Below are positions 50,787 to 58,979 of a stretch of 64,000 nucleotides of DNA, one piece after another (the stretch's first letter is position 1; every line of letters starts with the position of its first letter). A model generated the notes under the pieces. It was not told where the DNA came from. It worked only from the letters and a program-made list of their open reading frames with translations, and did not search any database. The position numbers and the translations under genes were made by a program. The stretch comes from Sphingomonadales bacterium (lineage in GTDB: Bacteria > Pseudomonadota > Alphaproteobacteria > Sphingomonadales > Sphingomonadaceae), in contig JBBQDG010000008.1 of NCBI GenBank assembly GCA_038319435.1, forward strand, positions 11,319-75,318, read 5' to 3'.

Positions 50787-50813
50787 GCAGTCAGGGGGTC
50801 GCGGGGGACGCGT

Positions 50814-53513
50814 TTGCGCCTGGCCAAAAGCCTGGGTCGCGGCCTCGTCGCCGCGCTGACACTGCCCGCGCTCGCCGCGGGCAGCGTTGCGACGGGTGCC
50901 GCCTCGGCTCCGGTCGCGCCGGCGTGGAGCGCCGACCCTGACGATCAGTTCGTGCTTGAGGTCAATATCCGCCAGTTGCGCCTCGGCGACGGGGTCCGCG
51001 CCTATGGCACGCCCGAGGGCACGTGCGTCAATTTCGGCGATTTCCTGACGACGCTCGATGTACCGATGCGAATCGACGTCGGTGCCAAGCGCGCGACCGG
51101 CTGGGCGTTCAAGGAAAGCAACAAGATTGCCATCGATCTTGGTACTGGACGGGCCTCTTGGGGCTCTGGCCAGAGCGAGATGATGACGAGCGGCACGGTC
51201 CGCCTGACCCCTGATGGCTGGTGCGTCGAGACCGGCGCGCTGGCGCGCTGGTTCGGAATTGGCGTCAAGCCGTCACTCGCCGGATCGATGCTCATGCTGA
51301 CGTCGGACGCCAAGCTGCCGGTTGAACTGGCAAAGGAGCGCCACGACCGTGCCGCGCGGCTGAGCCACGCCAGTCTGAGCCTTGGCCAATTGCCGCAGGT
51401 CCGCCTGCCCTACCGATTGTGGCGCGCCCCGGCGCTCGATTTTGTTGTTAGCGGCGGCGTGGCCTACAGCGCGAGAACCGGCGCGCGGGTCGATCGCCAC
51501 GCCGCGTTGCTTGCAGCGGGCGAACTCGCCAGCCTGTCCTACGAAGCGCAGGCGACGACCGATGCGCGCGGCCGCCCCGACAGCCTGCGGCTGCGCGCCT
51601 ACAAGTCCGATCCCGACGGCAATCTTCTCGGTCCGCTGCGCGCGACCCATTTCGGGGTCGGCGATGTCGCCGGATTCGACAGCCGGTTGATCGGCGTCGG
51701 ACGGGTCGGGCGCGGGGTCGAGGTGACCAATCGTCCGCTGTTCACGCCAACCGCGTTCGATCGCACCCATCTCGAAGGCGATTTGCCCGCCGGGTGGGAG
51801 GCCGAACTCTATCGCAACGGCGAGTTGCTCGGCTTCGCCCCCGCCACCGGCGACCAGCGCTACCGCTTCGACGATGTTCAACTGCGCTACGGCGCCAACG
51901 AGCTCGAGGTGCGGCTCTACGGCCCGCAGGGGCAACTGCGGTCTCGCCACGAAACGGTCGATGTCGCCAATGCCGCGGCTCCCCCGGGGACGACCTGGTA
52001 CTGGGCCGGGGTCAACCAGCCCGCGCGAGAATTAATCGCTTTGCGAGCGCGACCGCCCGACAATACCAACTTGCCCAAACTCCAGGCGAGCGTCGCGCTG
52101 GAGCATGGGCTCGACAAACGCACTTCCATTGGGCTCGCCGCGACCATGCAGGTGGTCGACGACGAGCGATTGACCTATGTCGAAGGCACCGTGCGCCGCT
52201 CGATCGGCAGCGCGCTGGTTGAAGTGGCGGGGGTCCGCGATAGCCACGGCGGAAAAGCCGCGCGTGCCTCATTGCTCGGCAAGATCGGCCCGCTCGACAT
52301 TTCGGCCGAAGCGCTCGCCGCGAGCAATTTCCGGCTGAACGGGATCCGCGAACGCGCGATTCGGCAAGCGCAACTCTCGCTTGGCGCGCCATTGAAGATC
52401 GGGCGGAGCATCTTTCCGGCCAGCGCGTCGCTGCGCATCATCGATCGGCCCGGCGGCGCGCGTTCGCTTGAGGCGGCGGGGCGATTGTCGGCCAATTTCG
52501 GCCGATTCAACCTCGGCACCGACATTCGATGGCGACGCAACAGCGACCGGAGCGGACTGGTCGCTGCTCGCACCGACGACCTCGAGGCGACGCTGATCGG
52601 ATCGGGCCATATCGGCCGGATACGTTTGCGAGGAAGCAGCACGTTCGACTTGAAACCCTCGGCGCGGCTCAAGCTCGCCGAGCTTTCGGCTTATTGGTCG
52701 GCATCCGAAAAGGCCGATTGGGACGCCGGGCTCGGCTATGACAATGAAGCACGACGGGCGCGCGCGCGGCTGTCCTACATTCGCCGGTTCAACAGCATGG
52801 CGCTGGCGCTGACCGGTGAGGGGGCGAGCGATGGCTCGCTTGCGTTCGGCTTCAACCTGAACTTCTCGCTTGATCCGGCGCGGGGTTTCAAACCTTCCCG
52901 GCTACCGATGGCCAGCGCCGGCCTGATCCGCGCCCACGTTTATCGTGATCTCAACGACAATGGCGCGCGCGATCCGGGCGAGCCCGATGAACCGGGCGCG
53001 CTGATCACCACTGGCACGCGTGTCGCGCTGCAGCCGACCGACAAGCGTGGCACATCGACCGTCGCCGGACTGACGATCTACCAGCCGGTTGCGGTCGGAA
53101 TCGATCAATCGACGCTGAGCGACCCCAACCTTACCCCGCGCAAGGCGCTGCAGGTCGTCACTCCGCGCGCCGGCATCGCCGCCGAGGTCGAGATCGGGCT
53201 GGTCGGATCGGGCAGCATCGAGGGCGTGCTGATCAAGGACGGCGGCGGCGGCTTCGAAGGCGTCGAACTTGAACTGGTGGGGGCCGACGGCAAGCTCGCG
53301 AGCACAGCGCAGAGTGATTTCGACGGCTATTTCCTGTTCGATAAAATCCCATATGGACATTATAATGTGCGCATTGCTCTTTCGTCGGCGAAGGCAATCC
53401 ATGCTGCGATTGATGCAAGTGCGACGGTCAGCGGCGACAAGCCGACCGTGCGGCTGGGAGCCATCCGCGCGGTTCAGTCGCTGGAAGTCGCGTCGAACGG
53501 TGGCTCGAATTAA
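50814..53513 (+). CDS. divergent fimbrial usher-like outer-membrane protein with C-terminal SdrD/carboxypeptidase-like Ig domains
   Basis: 899 aa, signal peptide, plug-like AELYRNG...YRFDDVQLRYGANELEVRLYGPQG, long amphipathic beta region, D.N.NG..D.GE and SDFDGYFLF repeats. Confidence 0.65.
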   Translation: MRLAKSLGRGLVAALTLPALAAGSVATGAASAPVAPAWSADPDDQFVLEVNIRQLRLGDGVRAYGTPEGTCVNFGDFLTTLDVPMRIDVGAKRATGWAFKESNKIAIDLGTGRASWGSGQSEMMTSGTVRLTPDGWCVETGALARWFGIGVKPSLAGSMLMLTSDAKLPVELAKERHDRAARLSHASLSLGQLPQVRLPYRLWRAPALDFVVSGGVAYSARTGARVDRHAALLAAGELASLSYEAQATTDARGRPDSLRLRAYKSDPDGNLLGPLRATHFGVGDVAGFDSRLIGVGRVGRGVEVTNRPLFTPTAFDRTHLEGDLPAGWEAELYRNGELLGFAPATGDQRYRFDDVQLRYGANELEVRLYGPQGQLRSRHETVDVANAAAPPGTTWYWAGVNQPARELIALRARPPDNTNLPKLQASVALEHGLDKRTSIGLAATMQVVDDERLTYVEGTVRRSIGSALVEVAGVRDSHGGKAARASLLGKIGPLDISAEALAASNFRLNGIRERAIRQAQLSLGAPLKIGRSIFPASASLRIIDRPGGARSLEAAGRLSANFGRFNLGTDIRWRRNSDRSGLVAARTDDLEATLIGSGHIGRIRLRGSSTFDLKPSARLKLAELSAYWSASEKADWDAGLGYDNEARRARARLSYIRRFNSMALALTGEGASDGSLAFGFNLNFSLDPARGFKPSRLPMASAGLIRAHVYRDLNDNGARDPGEPDEPGALITTGTRVALQPTDKRGTSTVAGLTIYQPVAVGIDQSTLSDPNLTPRKALQVVTPRAGIAAEVEIGLVGSGSIEGVLIKDGGGGFEGVELELVGADGKLASTAQSDFDGYFLFDKIPYGHYNVRIALSSAKAIHAAIDASATVSGDKPTVRLGAIRAVQSLEVASNGGSN

Positions 53514-53593
53514 CCATAGTCGTCTGAAGCGACTTTCCGGCGCATGCGGATTGCTGCGTGCGGCCGGCCGCCGCTGGGCGTCGGGGGCAAATC

Positions 53594-53679
53594 TGGTGCG
53601 GTCGAGAAGACTCGAACTTCCACGGCCTTTCGGCCACAGCCACCTCAAGGCTGCGCGTCTACCATTCCGCCACGACCGC
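53594..53679 (-). tRNA. tRNA-Leu (GAG)
   Basis: GCGGTCG acceptor stem, D-loop GG, anticodon loop TTGAGGT, long variable arm, TTCGAGT T-loop, encoded CCA. Confidence 0.97.
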
Positions 53680-53842
53680 ACGTGAACAGGCTCAACGATC
53701 GGGAGCCTCTGGCAAGGCGCGGCCCCTAGCAAAGGCTTTCACGGCGCGCAACAGGGGCGGCCGCCAGTGACCCCGCGTCCCGCGCCGGGACAGTGGTAAA
53801 CAGGTCATTTACCTTTATCCCAAATGCTGCGCTGATGGCAGC

Positions 53843-54079
53843 ATGTTCGCGCTTTTGTTCGCCGCCGTCACCGTTAGCGCCGGTCCCGCTGTCGTCCCGC
53901 ACGGCGCGGTTTTCCAGCCGAGTGCGGTGACCGCGAGCGCGCTAGTCACGGTCCGCATTCTCGAAGGTGTGACAATCGAATATCGCGGAGCCAAGCCGGT
54001 CGGCGCAATCGCCAGGCGCGAAACCTCGCTGCTGGTCGACGGCCAGAACGTCGCCGCCACCCTGATCGAATTTCCCTAA
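53843..54079 (+). CDS. small secreted hypothetical protein (78 aa)
   Basis: hydrophobic N-terminus, ASALVTVRIL strand, ends LIEFP; preceded by GGTAAA-N7-TTTACC. Confidence 0.55.
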   Translation: MFALLFAAVTVSAGPAVVPHGAVFQPSAVTASALVTVRILEGVTIEYRGAKPVGAIARRETSLLVDGQNVAATLIEFP

Positions 54080-54082
54080 TTC

Positions 54083-54197
54083 GCCCAGCGCCGCCCGTGC
54101 AGCGCTAACCGCCCGTGCAGCGTTGGCTTGCACAGCGACCGCCCGTGCAGCGTGAACTTGCCCGGCGACCGCCCTCGCAGCGCTAGCTTGCCCAGCG
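54083..54197. repeat. 30-bp degenerate tandem repeat (about 3.7 copies) overlapping the zinc-ribbon gene stop
   Basis: ACCGCCC(GT/TC)GCAGCG-N4-CTTGC-N2-(A/G)GCG units at 54108, 54138 and 54168, plus a partial unit. Confidence 0.9.
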
Positions 54198-55025
54198 CAG
54201 CGTCAGCGAGGTTGCGTTGGCGGGGACGTTGAGTTCGGCGGCGTTGAAGCTCGCACTCGTTCTGGGGGCCAGGCGGGCGGCCGGGGGAGGGATCATCCAG
54301 CTATAGACGAGTTTGCCGCCGCCGTCGCGCAGGTCGGCCTGCAGCGCGGGGACGGGTTCGGCCTCGTCGGTCGGATTGATGACGCGGCCGCTGAGCGAGA
54401 CAAGGTCGTTGCCACTGGCGAGTTTCTGCCGGTTCTGACTGGTGACCATCAGTTTCAGAGGGCTGTCGGCGCTGGCCTCGGCCAAGCCGGCGCGCGCCAT
54501 CCACTCGCGCGGGGCGAGGAAATAGGCGGCAGCGGCGAGCGCGGCGACGATCAGGACGAGCGCGAGGATGATGACCAGTCCCTTGCGCCGCGGCGCGACG
54601 TCATCATCGCCATACGGCGCGTCGTTCCAGCCGCTGTCGTCCGCCACAATCGCGACGGGCTCGGGCGGAAGATCGTCCCGCGGTTGCGCCTCGACCATGG
54701 CAATCGGTTCGGCAACGGCAACCGGTTCAGGGTCAGCGAGTACCTCGCCCGCCTCGGCCTCCGGCTCGACGATCGACGCATCGCCAACCGTCGCCAGGTC
54801 CTCCGCAGACAAGGCGACCGGTTTCGGATCGGACGGAACGGCAACGACGGTTTCGTCCGGCGCTGCCAACTCGGGCTCCACCGGCGCTGGAACAGCCACC
54901 GCCTCTTCACCCGCCTGATGCCAGCTATGCTTGCACGCCGCACAGCGTACCGTGCGGCCGTGCGGCGGGATCGCTCCGTCCTTGACGGTATAGCTCGTCT
55001 GGCAGGCAGGACAGGTCAAAATCAT
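54183..55025 (-). CDS. MJ0042-type zinc-ribbon / DUF3426 protein (ZitP-like polarity factor)
   Basis: MILTCPACQTSY...VRCAACKHSW, acidic Pro linker, one TM segment, C-terminal Ig-like domain; divergent from ftsE. Confidence 0.85.
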   Translation of the reverse strand: MILTCPACQTSYTVKDGAIPPHGRTVRCAACKHSWHQAGEEAVAVPAPVEPELAAPDETVVAVPSDPKPVALSAEDLATVGDASIVEPEAEAGEVLADPEPVAVAEPIAMVEAQPRDDLPPEPVAIVADDSGWNDAPYGDDDVAPRRKGLVIILALVLIVAALAAAAYFLAPREWMARAGLAEASADSPLKLMVTSQNRQKLASGNDLVSLSGRVINPTDEAEPVPALQADLRDGGGKLVYSWMIPPPAARLAPRTSASFNAAELNVPANATSLTLRWAS

Positions 55026-55113
55026 GCGCGCGCCAACTCTCCGGAAAGTTGATCCGGTAAACAGCAATCGCCGATGCTTGGCAAGGCGGCGCCCCCTGTG
55101 CGACACACGGGCC

Positions 55114-55830
55114 GTGAGTGGGGAAGCGACAATCGTCGAGTTCGAGCGGGTCGGGCTGCGCTATGGCACCGGCAGCGAAGTCCTGCGCGACCTCGATTTC
55201 CGTCTGGACAGCGGCGGCTTCACCTTTCTTACCGGGCCTTCGGGGGCGGGCAAGACCTCGCTACTGAAGCTGCTGTATCTCGCGCAGCGCCCGACGCGCG
55301 GATCGATCCGGCTGTTTGGCGAGACGATCAACGATGCGCCGCGCGACGCCATGCCACCGCTGCGCCGCCGGATCGGGGTGGTGTTCCAGGATTTCCGCCT
55401 CGTCCGGCACCTGAGCGTGTTCGACAATGTCGCGCTGCCGCTGCGCATCGGTGGCGCGGGCGAGGCGGCGGTCGAGGGGCCGGTGCGCGAAATGCTCGCC
55501 TGGGTCGGCCTAAGCGACCGTGCCAGCGCGCGTCCGGCGACGCTGTCGGGGGGCGAGCAGCAGCGCGTCGCAATCGCCCGCGCCGTGATCGCCGCACCCG
55601 ACCTGATCATCGCCGACGAGCCAACCGGCAACGTCGATGCGGCAATGGCGCAGCGCATCCTCAGCCTGCTGATCGCGCTCAATCGCCAGGGCACGACGGT
55701 GCTCGTCGCAACGCACGATCTCGGGCTCATCGCGGGCACCCCGGGTGCGCAACTCATCCGCCTCGAAAATGGCGCGCTGGTCGATCCAACCGGCGCGTTA
55801 CGCCATCCGCCGACACGGCGGCCGTCATGA
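55114..55830 (+). CDS. ftsE: cell division ATP-binding protein FtsE
   Basis: GPSGAGKTS, IGVVFQDFRL, LSGGEQQRVAIARA, ADEPTGNVD. Confidence 0.93.
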   Translation: MSGEATIVEFERVGLRYGTGSEVLRDLDFRLDSGGFTFLTGPSGAGKTSLLKLLYLAQRPTRGSIRLFGETINDAPRDAMPPLRRRIGVVFQDFRLVRHLSVFDNVALPLRIGGAGEAAVEGPVREMLAWVGLSDRASARPATLSGGEQQRVAIARAVIAAPDLIIADEPTGNVDAAMAQRILSLLIALNRQGTTVLVATHDLGLIAGTPGAQLIRLENGALVDPTGALRHPPTRRPS

Positions 55831-56696
55831 ACTGGCTGTTCCCGGCCCTGCCCGAACGGCGGCTGATACCCGGCGGGGGTGTGCGAGGTGCAACCCCGTG
55901 GGTCATTGCGATCATGACCTTTGTCATGCTGATCGTCGCCGTTACCGGGATCGCGCTCGCCAACAGCGCCGGGCTGGTCGCGGCGGGGGTCAGCGAGCGC
56001 TATTCGATCCAGCTCGCCGATGGCGTAGCGCGGCAGGACGCGGCCGTGGCGGCAGCAACGCGAACTCCGGGCGTTGCCGCAGTGCGACCAGTGGCCGCGG
56101 CCGAAATGCGTGCCATCCTCGAGCGCTGGCTCGGCCCGGCCGGGGCGGGCGCCGATTTGCCCCTGCCCGCGCTGATCGACGTCGACCTCCGCCCCGGTGC
56201 CGACGCCGCCAATATCGCAGCGGCGATCGAGCGAGCCGTCCCCGGCGCGCGCTTTGTCGCCCATGCCGACAGCCTGCGTCCGCTGCTCAAGGGTCTTCGC
56301 TCGCTCAGCTGGCTCGCCGCGGCGCTGGTGCTGCTGGTCGGCCTGGCGAGTGCGGCGGCGGTGGTGCTGGCGACGCGCGGCGCGCTCGATACCAATCGCG
56401 CGACGATCGAGGTCCTGCACGGCATCGGCGCCAACGACCGCCAGATCGCCAACCTGTTCCAGCGCCGCATCGCGATCGACGCGCTGATCGGCGGGGTTGC
56501 CGGCGGGCTCGCCGCGGGTCTCGCGCTGCTGCTCATCGCGGGCAGCGGTGCCAGCTGGATCGGCGAGCTTGCCGGCGGCAACGTGCTTCACGGCCATGAC
56601 CTCGCCCTGCTCGCGCTGCTCCCGCTGGCGATGGCGGCGATGGCGACCGTCGTTGCGCGTTCGGCGGTGCTCGCGACGCTGAGGAGCAGCCTGTGA
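55827..56696 (+). CDS. ftsX: cell division permease FtsX
   Basis: TM1, periplasmic loop with LPLPALIDV, IEVLHGIGA.D.QI, further TM segments; ATGA overlap with ftsE. Confidence 0.88.
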   Translation: MNWLFPALPERRLIPGGGVRGATPWVIAIMTFVMLIVAVTGIALANSAGLVAAGVSERYSIQLADGVARQDAAVAAATRTPGVAAVRPVAAAEMRAILERWLGPAGAGADLPLPALIDVDLRPGADAANIAAAIERAVPGARFVAHADSLRPLLKGLRSLSWLAAALVLLVGLASAAAVVLATRGALDTNRATIEVLHGIGANDRQIANLFQRRIAIDALIGGVAGGLAAGLALLLIAGSGASWIGELAGGNVLHGHDLALLALLPLAMAAMATVVARSAVLATLRSSL

Positions 56697-57226
56697 CGGC
56701 CCGCGCGGCGAGCCTCATTTTGCTGCTCTACATTATCCTGTTCGCGCTATTCGCGGTGTCGCTCGGCACCCCCGCACCCGCCGGCGCCACGACCGAGGCG
56801 ATCGTTGTCCTCACCGGGGGCAACGGCCGCATCGAGCAGGGCATCGCGCGCCTCGCCGCGCACCGCGCGACGCGCATGCTGATCGCGGGTACCGACCCGG
56901 TGGTGACAAAGGCCGATCTCGCCGCCCGCCTCCACGGCGAGCGAAACCTGCTCGATTGCTGTGTCGATCTAGGGTCGGAGAGCGTCGACACCCGCTCGAA
57001 CGCCGAGGAAGCCAAGCGCTGGCTCGACGCGCGCGGGTATCGTTCGCTGACCCTTGTTACCAGCGACTGGCACATGCGCCGGGCTCGTTATGAATTCGCG
57101 AGCCAGCTCGGCCGGCGCTACGAGATTACGACCGACGCCGTCCGGACGGAGCCTAATCTGATGACCCTCTTCGCCGAATATAATAAATATCTGCTTCGGC
57201 GAATGGCGGTATGGCTCGACGTATGA
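56693..57226 (+). CDS. YdcF/DUF218-family protein
   Basis: AIVVLTGG.GRI, S.DTRSNA.E, LVTSDWHMRRA, EYNK. Confidence 0.9.
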   Translation: MTARAASLILLLYIILFALFAVSLGTPAPAGATTEAIVVLTGGNGRIEQGIARLAAHRATRMLIAGTDPVVTKADLAARLHGERNLLDCCVDLGSESVDTRSNAEEAKRWLDARGYRSLTLVTSDWHMRRARYEFASQLGRRYEITTDAVRTEPNLMTLFAEYNKYLLRRMAVWLDV

Positions 57227-57906
57227 ATCTCGTCCGCTCGTTGCTGTTCAACCTGATTTTCTACCCCGGCACTCTGCTCTACGTGCTCACCGGGCTTGCC
57301 GTGTCGGTTCTCGGCGAGAAGCCGATGCGCGTCGTGGTCCGCGGCTGGTCCAGCTTCCACTTCTTTCTCACTCGCCACCTGATCGGGATTGATGAGCGGT
57401 TCGAGGGCGAGCTTCCGCAAGGCTCGTACCTGTTCGCGATCAAACACCAGTCGATGTACGAGGCGGTGGCGACGCTGCGCATATTCGACGCCCCGATCGT
57501 GGTGATGAAGCGCCAATTGAGCCACATGCCGTTCTTCGGCTGGCTGACGCAGGTCCATGGCGTCATCGGCGTCGATCGCGAAGCGGGACCGGCCGCGCTG
57601 CGCCACCTCGTCGTGGCGGGCCGGGCAGCGGCGGCGAGCGGACGGCCAGTGGTCATCTTCCCCGAAGGCACCCGCGTGCCCGTCGGCGAGCAGCCCGAAC
57701 TCAAACCCGGTTTCGCCGCCCTCTATCGGGCGACAGGACTGCCCGTCGTCCCAGTCGCGGTCGATGCCGGGCTGGTGTGGCCCAAAGGGCTGGTCAAGCG
57801 CCCCGGCCTCGTCACGTGGCGCATCGGCGAGATCATCCCGCCCGGCCTGAAACGACCCGAGATCGAAGCGCGGGTCCATGAAGCGATTAACGCATTGGAG
57901 CGCTAG
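57223..57906 (+). CDS. plsC: 1-acyl-sn-glycerol-3-phosphate acyltransferase
   Basis: KHQSMYE (HX4D variant), IFPEGTR, PVVPVA. Confidence 0.85.
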   Translation: MNLVRSLLFNLIFYPGTLLYVLTGLAVSVLGEKPMRVVVRGWSSFHFFLTRHLIGIDERFEGELPQGSYLFAIKHQSMYEAVATLRIFDAPIVVMKRQLSHMPFFGWLTQVHGVIGVDREAGPAALRHLVVAGRAAAASGRPVVIFPEGTRVPVGEQPELKPGFAALYRATGLPVVPVAVDAGLVWPKGLVKRPGLVTWRIGEIIPPGLKRPEIEARVHEAINALER

Positions 57907-57917
57907 CGCTCCGCGCC

Positions 57918-58979
57918 TCAAAGACTCGTTGGGGCATCATCCAGCCAGTTGATATACGCGCCATGCGGATGGGACGTCGCGAGCAGGCGATCAGCGCCGT
58001 CGGGCCAGCTGCGAAGCCGCACCGTCGGGTCCTGTTCGTCGGGGGTCCGCTCGAATCGCAGCCACCCGAGTGGCGCATTTTCGGTGGCCCGCTGACCCGC
58101 CCGCTCGATCGCCGCAGCAACGCGTTGCTGGCTCTCCGGCGGGAAATATTGGAAGGCAATCGAGTGATAGACGAGGCGGCTCGTGCGATCGGGCTGCGCT
58201 TCGGCCAGCTTTGCTTCGATCCACTCCGCCGCGTCTCCAGTGTCGATTGTCACAGGGTGCGCCTCCGCGACCTTGAGCGCCGCCTCGAGCTGAGCGATCC
58301 GCTGCGCCTGGTCGGCCCACACAAAGCCGAGCAGCCGGTCGCCGTCGCTCAGCGGATCGAGCGGGGTCAGGTCGACGCCATGACGCCCGATCACCTCGAT
58401 CTTCGCCTCGGGTGGTGGCGGCCCGGTCCACTCGGGCTTGAGCTGAAGCGGCGAGGAAGGATCGCCAGCCCGAAGACCGCCGAGATCATAGCCGAAGCGA
58501 TCCATCCTTAGGTTCAGCCCAGCGCTCGCACCAAGCTCGAACAGTCCGACAGGCAGCGGGAAGCGATCGGCGAAGGCCAGCACTCCCGCGAACAAGGCGT
58601 TGGCCCGCCCGACCTCGTTGGTCTGCGGCGGTCGGTCGAGCCACTCGGCCAGCCCCGGCGTGACCATCGCCTCGTCGATCGCTGCGCCCAGTCGCTCGAT
58701 CTCGGGAAACGCGTTGGGCGGGTAGCAGGCAGCAAGTGCCGGCAGCGTCCCCGCCCGAACCCCGGCATGCAACCCGCCACACAGCCTGAGCGGCACGGCA
58801 TCGCCCGACGGACGCGGATCGCCCGGCCACTCGCGCAGCCGCCGCGCGACCTCGCCCTCGGGCCACTCGCGTTCCGCCAGCAGGTCGCACACCACCGCGG
58901 TCAGCGGCGAGCCGAGCGCCCGGCACCACCCCGCCTGCTCGGCGAAGGCGGCCCGCACATCAGCCGCGGAGTCGGGCAC
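57918..58979 (-). CDS. DUF2332-family protein
   Basis: Q...C..LGSP, LRL.GGLH, PPQTNEVGR, ELGASAGLNL..D, FVWADQ; GTG start overlaps the pheT end by 20 nt. Confidence 0.85.
   Translation of the reverse strand: MPDSAADVRAAFAEQAGWCRALGSPLTAVVCDLLAEREWPEGEVARRLREWPGDPRPSGDAVPLRLCGGLHAGVRAGTLPALAACYPPNAFPEIERLGAAIDEAMVTPGLAEWLDRPPQTNEVGRANALFAGVLAFADRFPLPVGLFELGASAGLNLRMDRFGYDLGGLRAGDPSSPLQLKPEWTGPPPPEAKIEVIGRHGVDLTPLDPLSDGDRLLGFVWADQAQRIAQLEAALKVAEAHPVTIDTGDAAEWIEAKLAEAQPDRTSRLVYHSIAFQYFPPESQQRVAAAIERAGQRATENAPLGWLRFERTPDEQDPTVRLRSWPDGADRLLATSHPHGAYINWLDDAPTSL

Noticed and set aside
53594-53679. tRNA-Leu as integration site making the fimbrial cluster a genomic island
   Set aside because: No integrase, no duplicated tRNA 3' end found on the far side of the cluster, and cluster codon usage looks native
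54083-54197. Possible mini-CRISPR array
   Set aside because: The variable parts are only a few nt and related to each other; no spacers of 25-40 nt, no leader, no cas genes
58960-58979. 20-nt overlap of the pheT end with the DUF2332 start as a sign of frameshift or fusion
   Set aside because: Both proteins look complete (PheT ends LGARLRG; DUF2332 starts with its usual N-terminal motif); ordinary operon overlap
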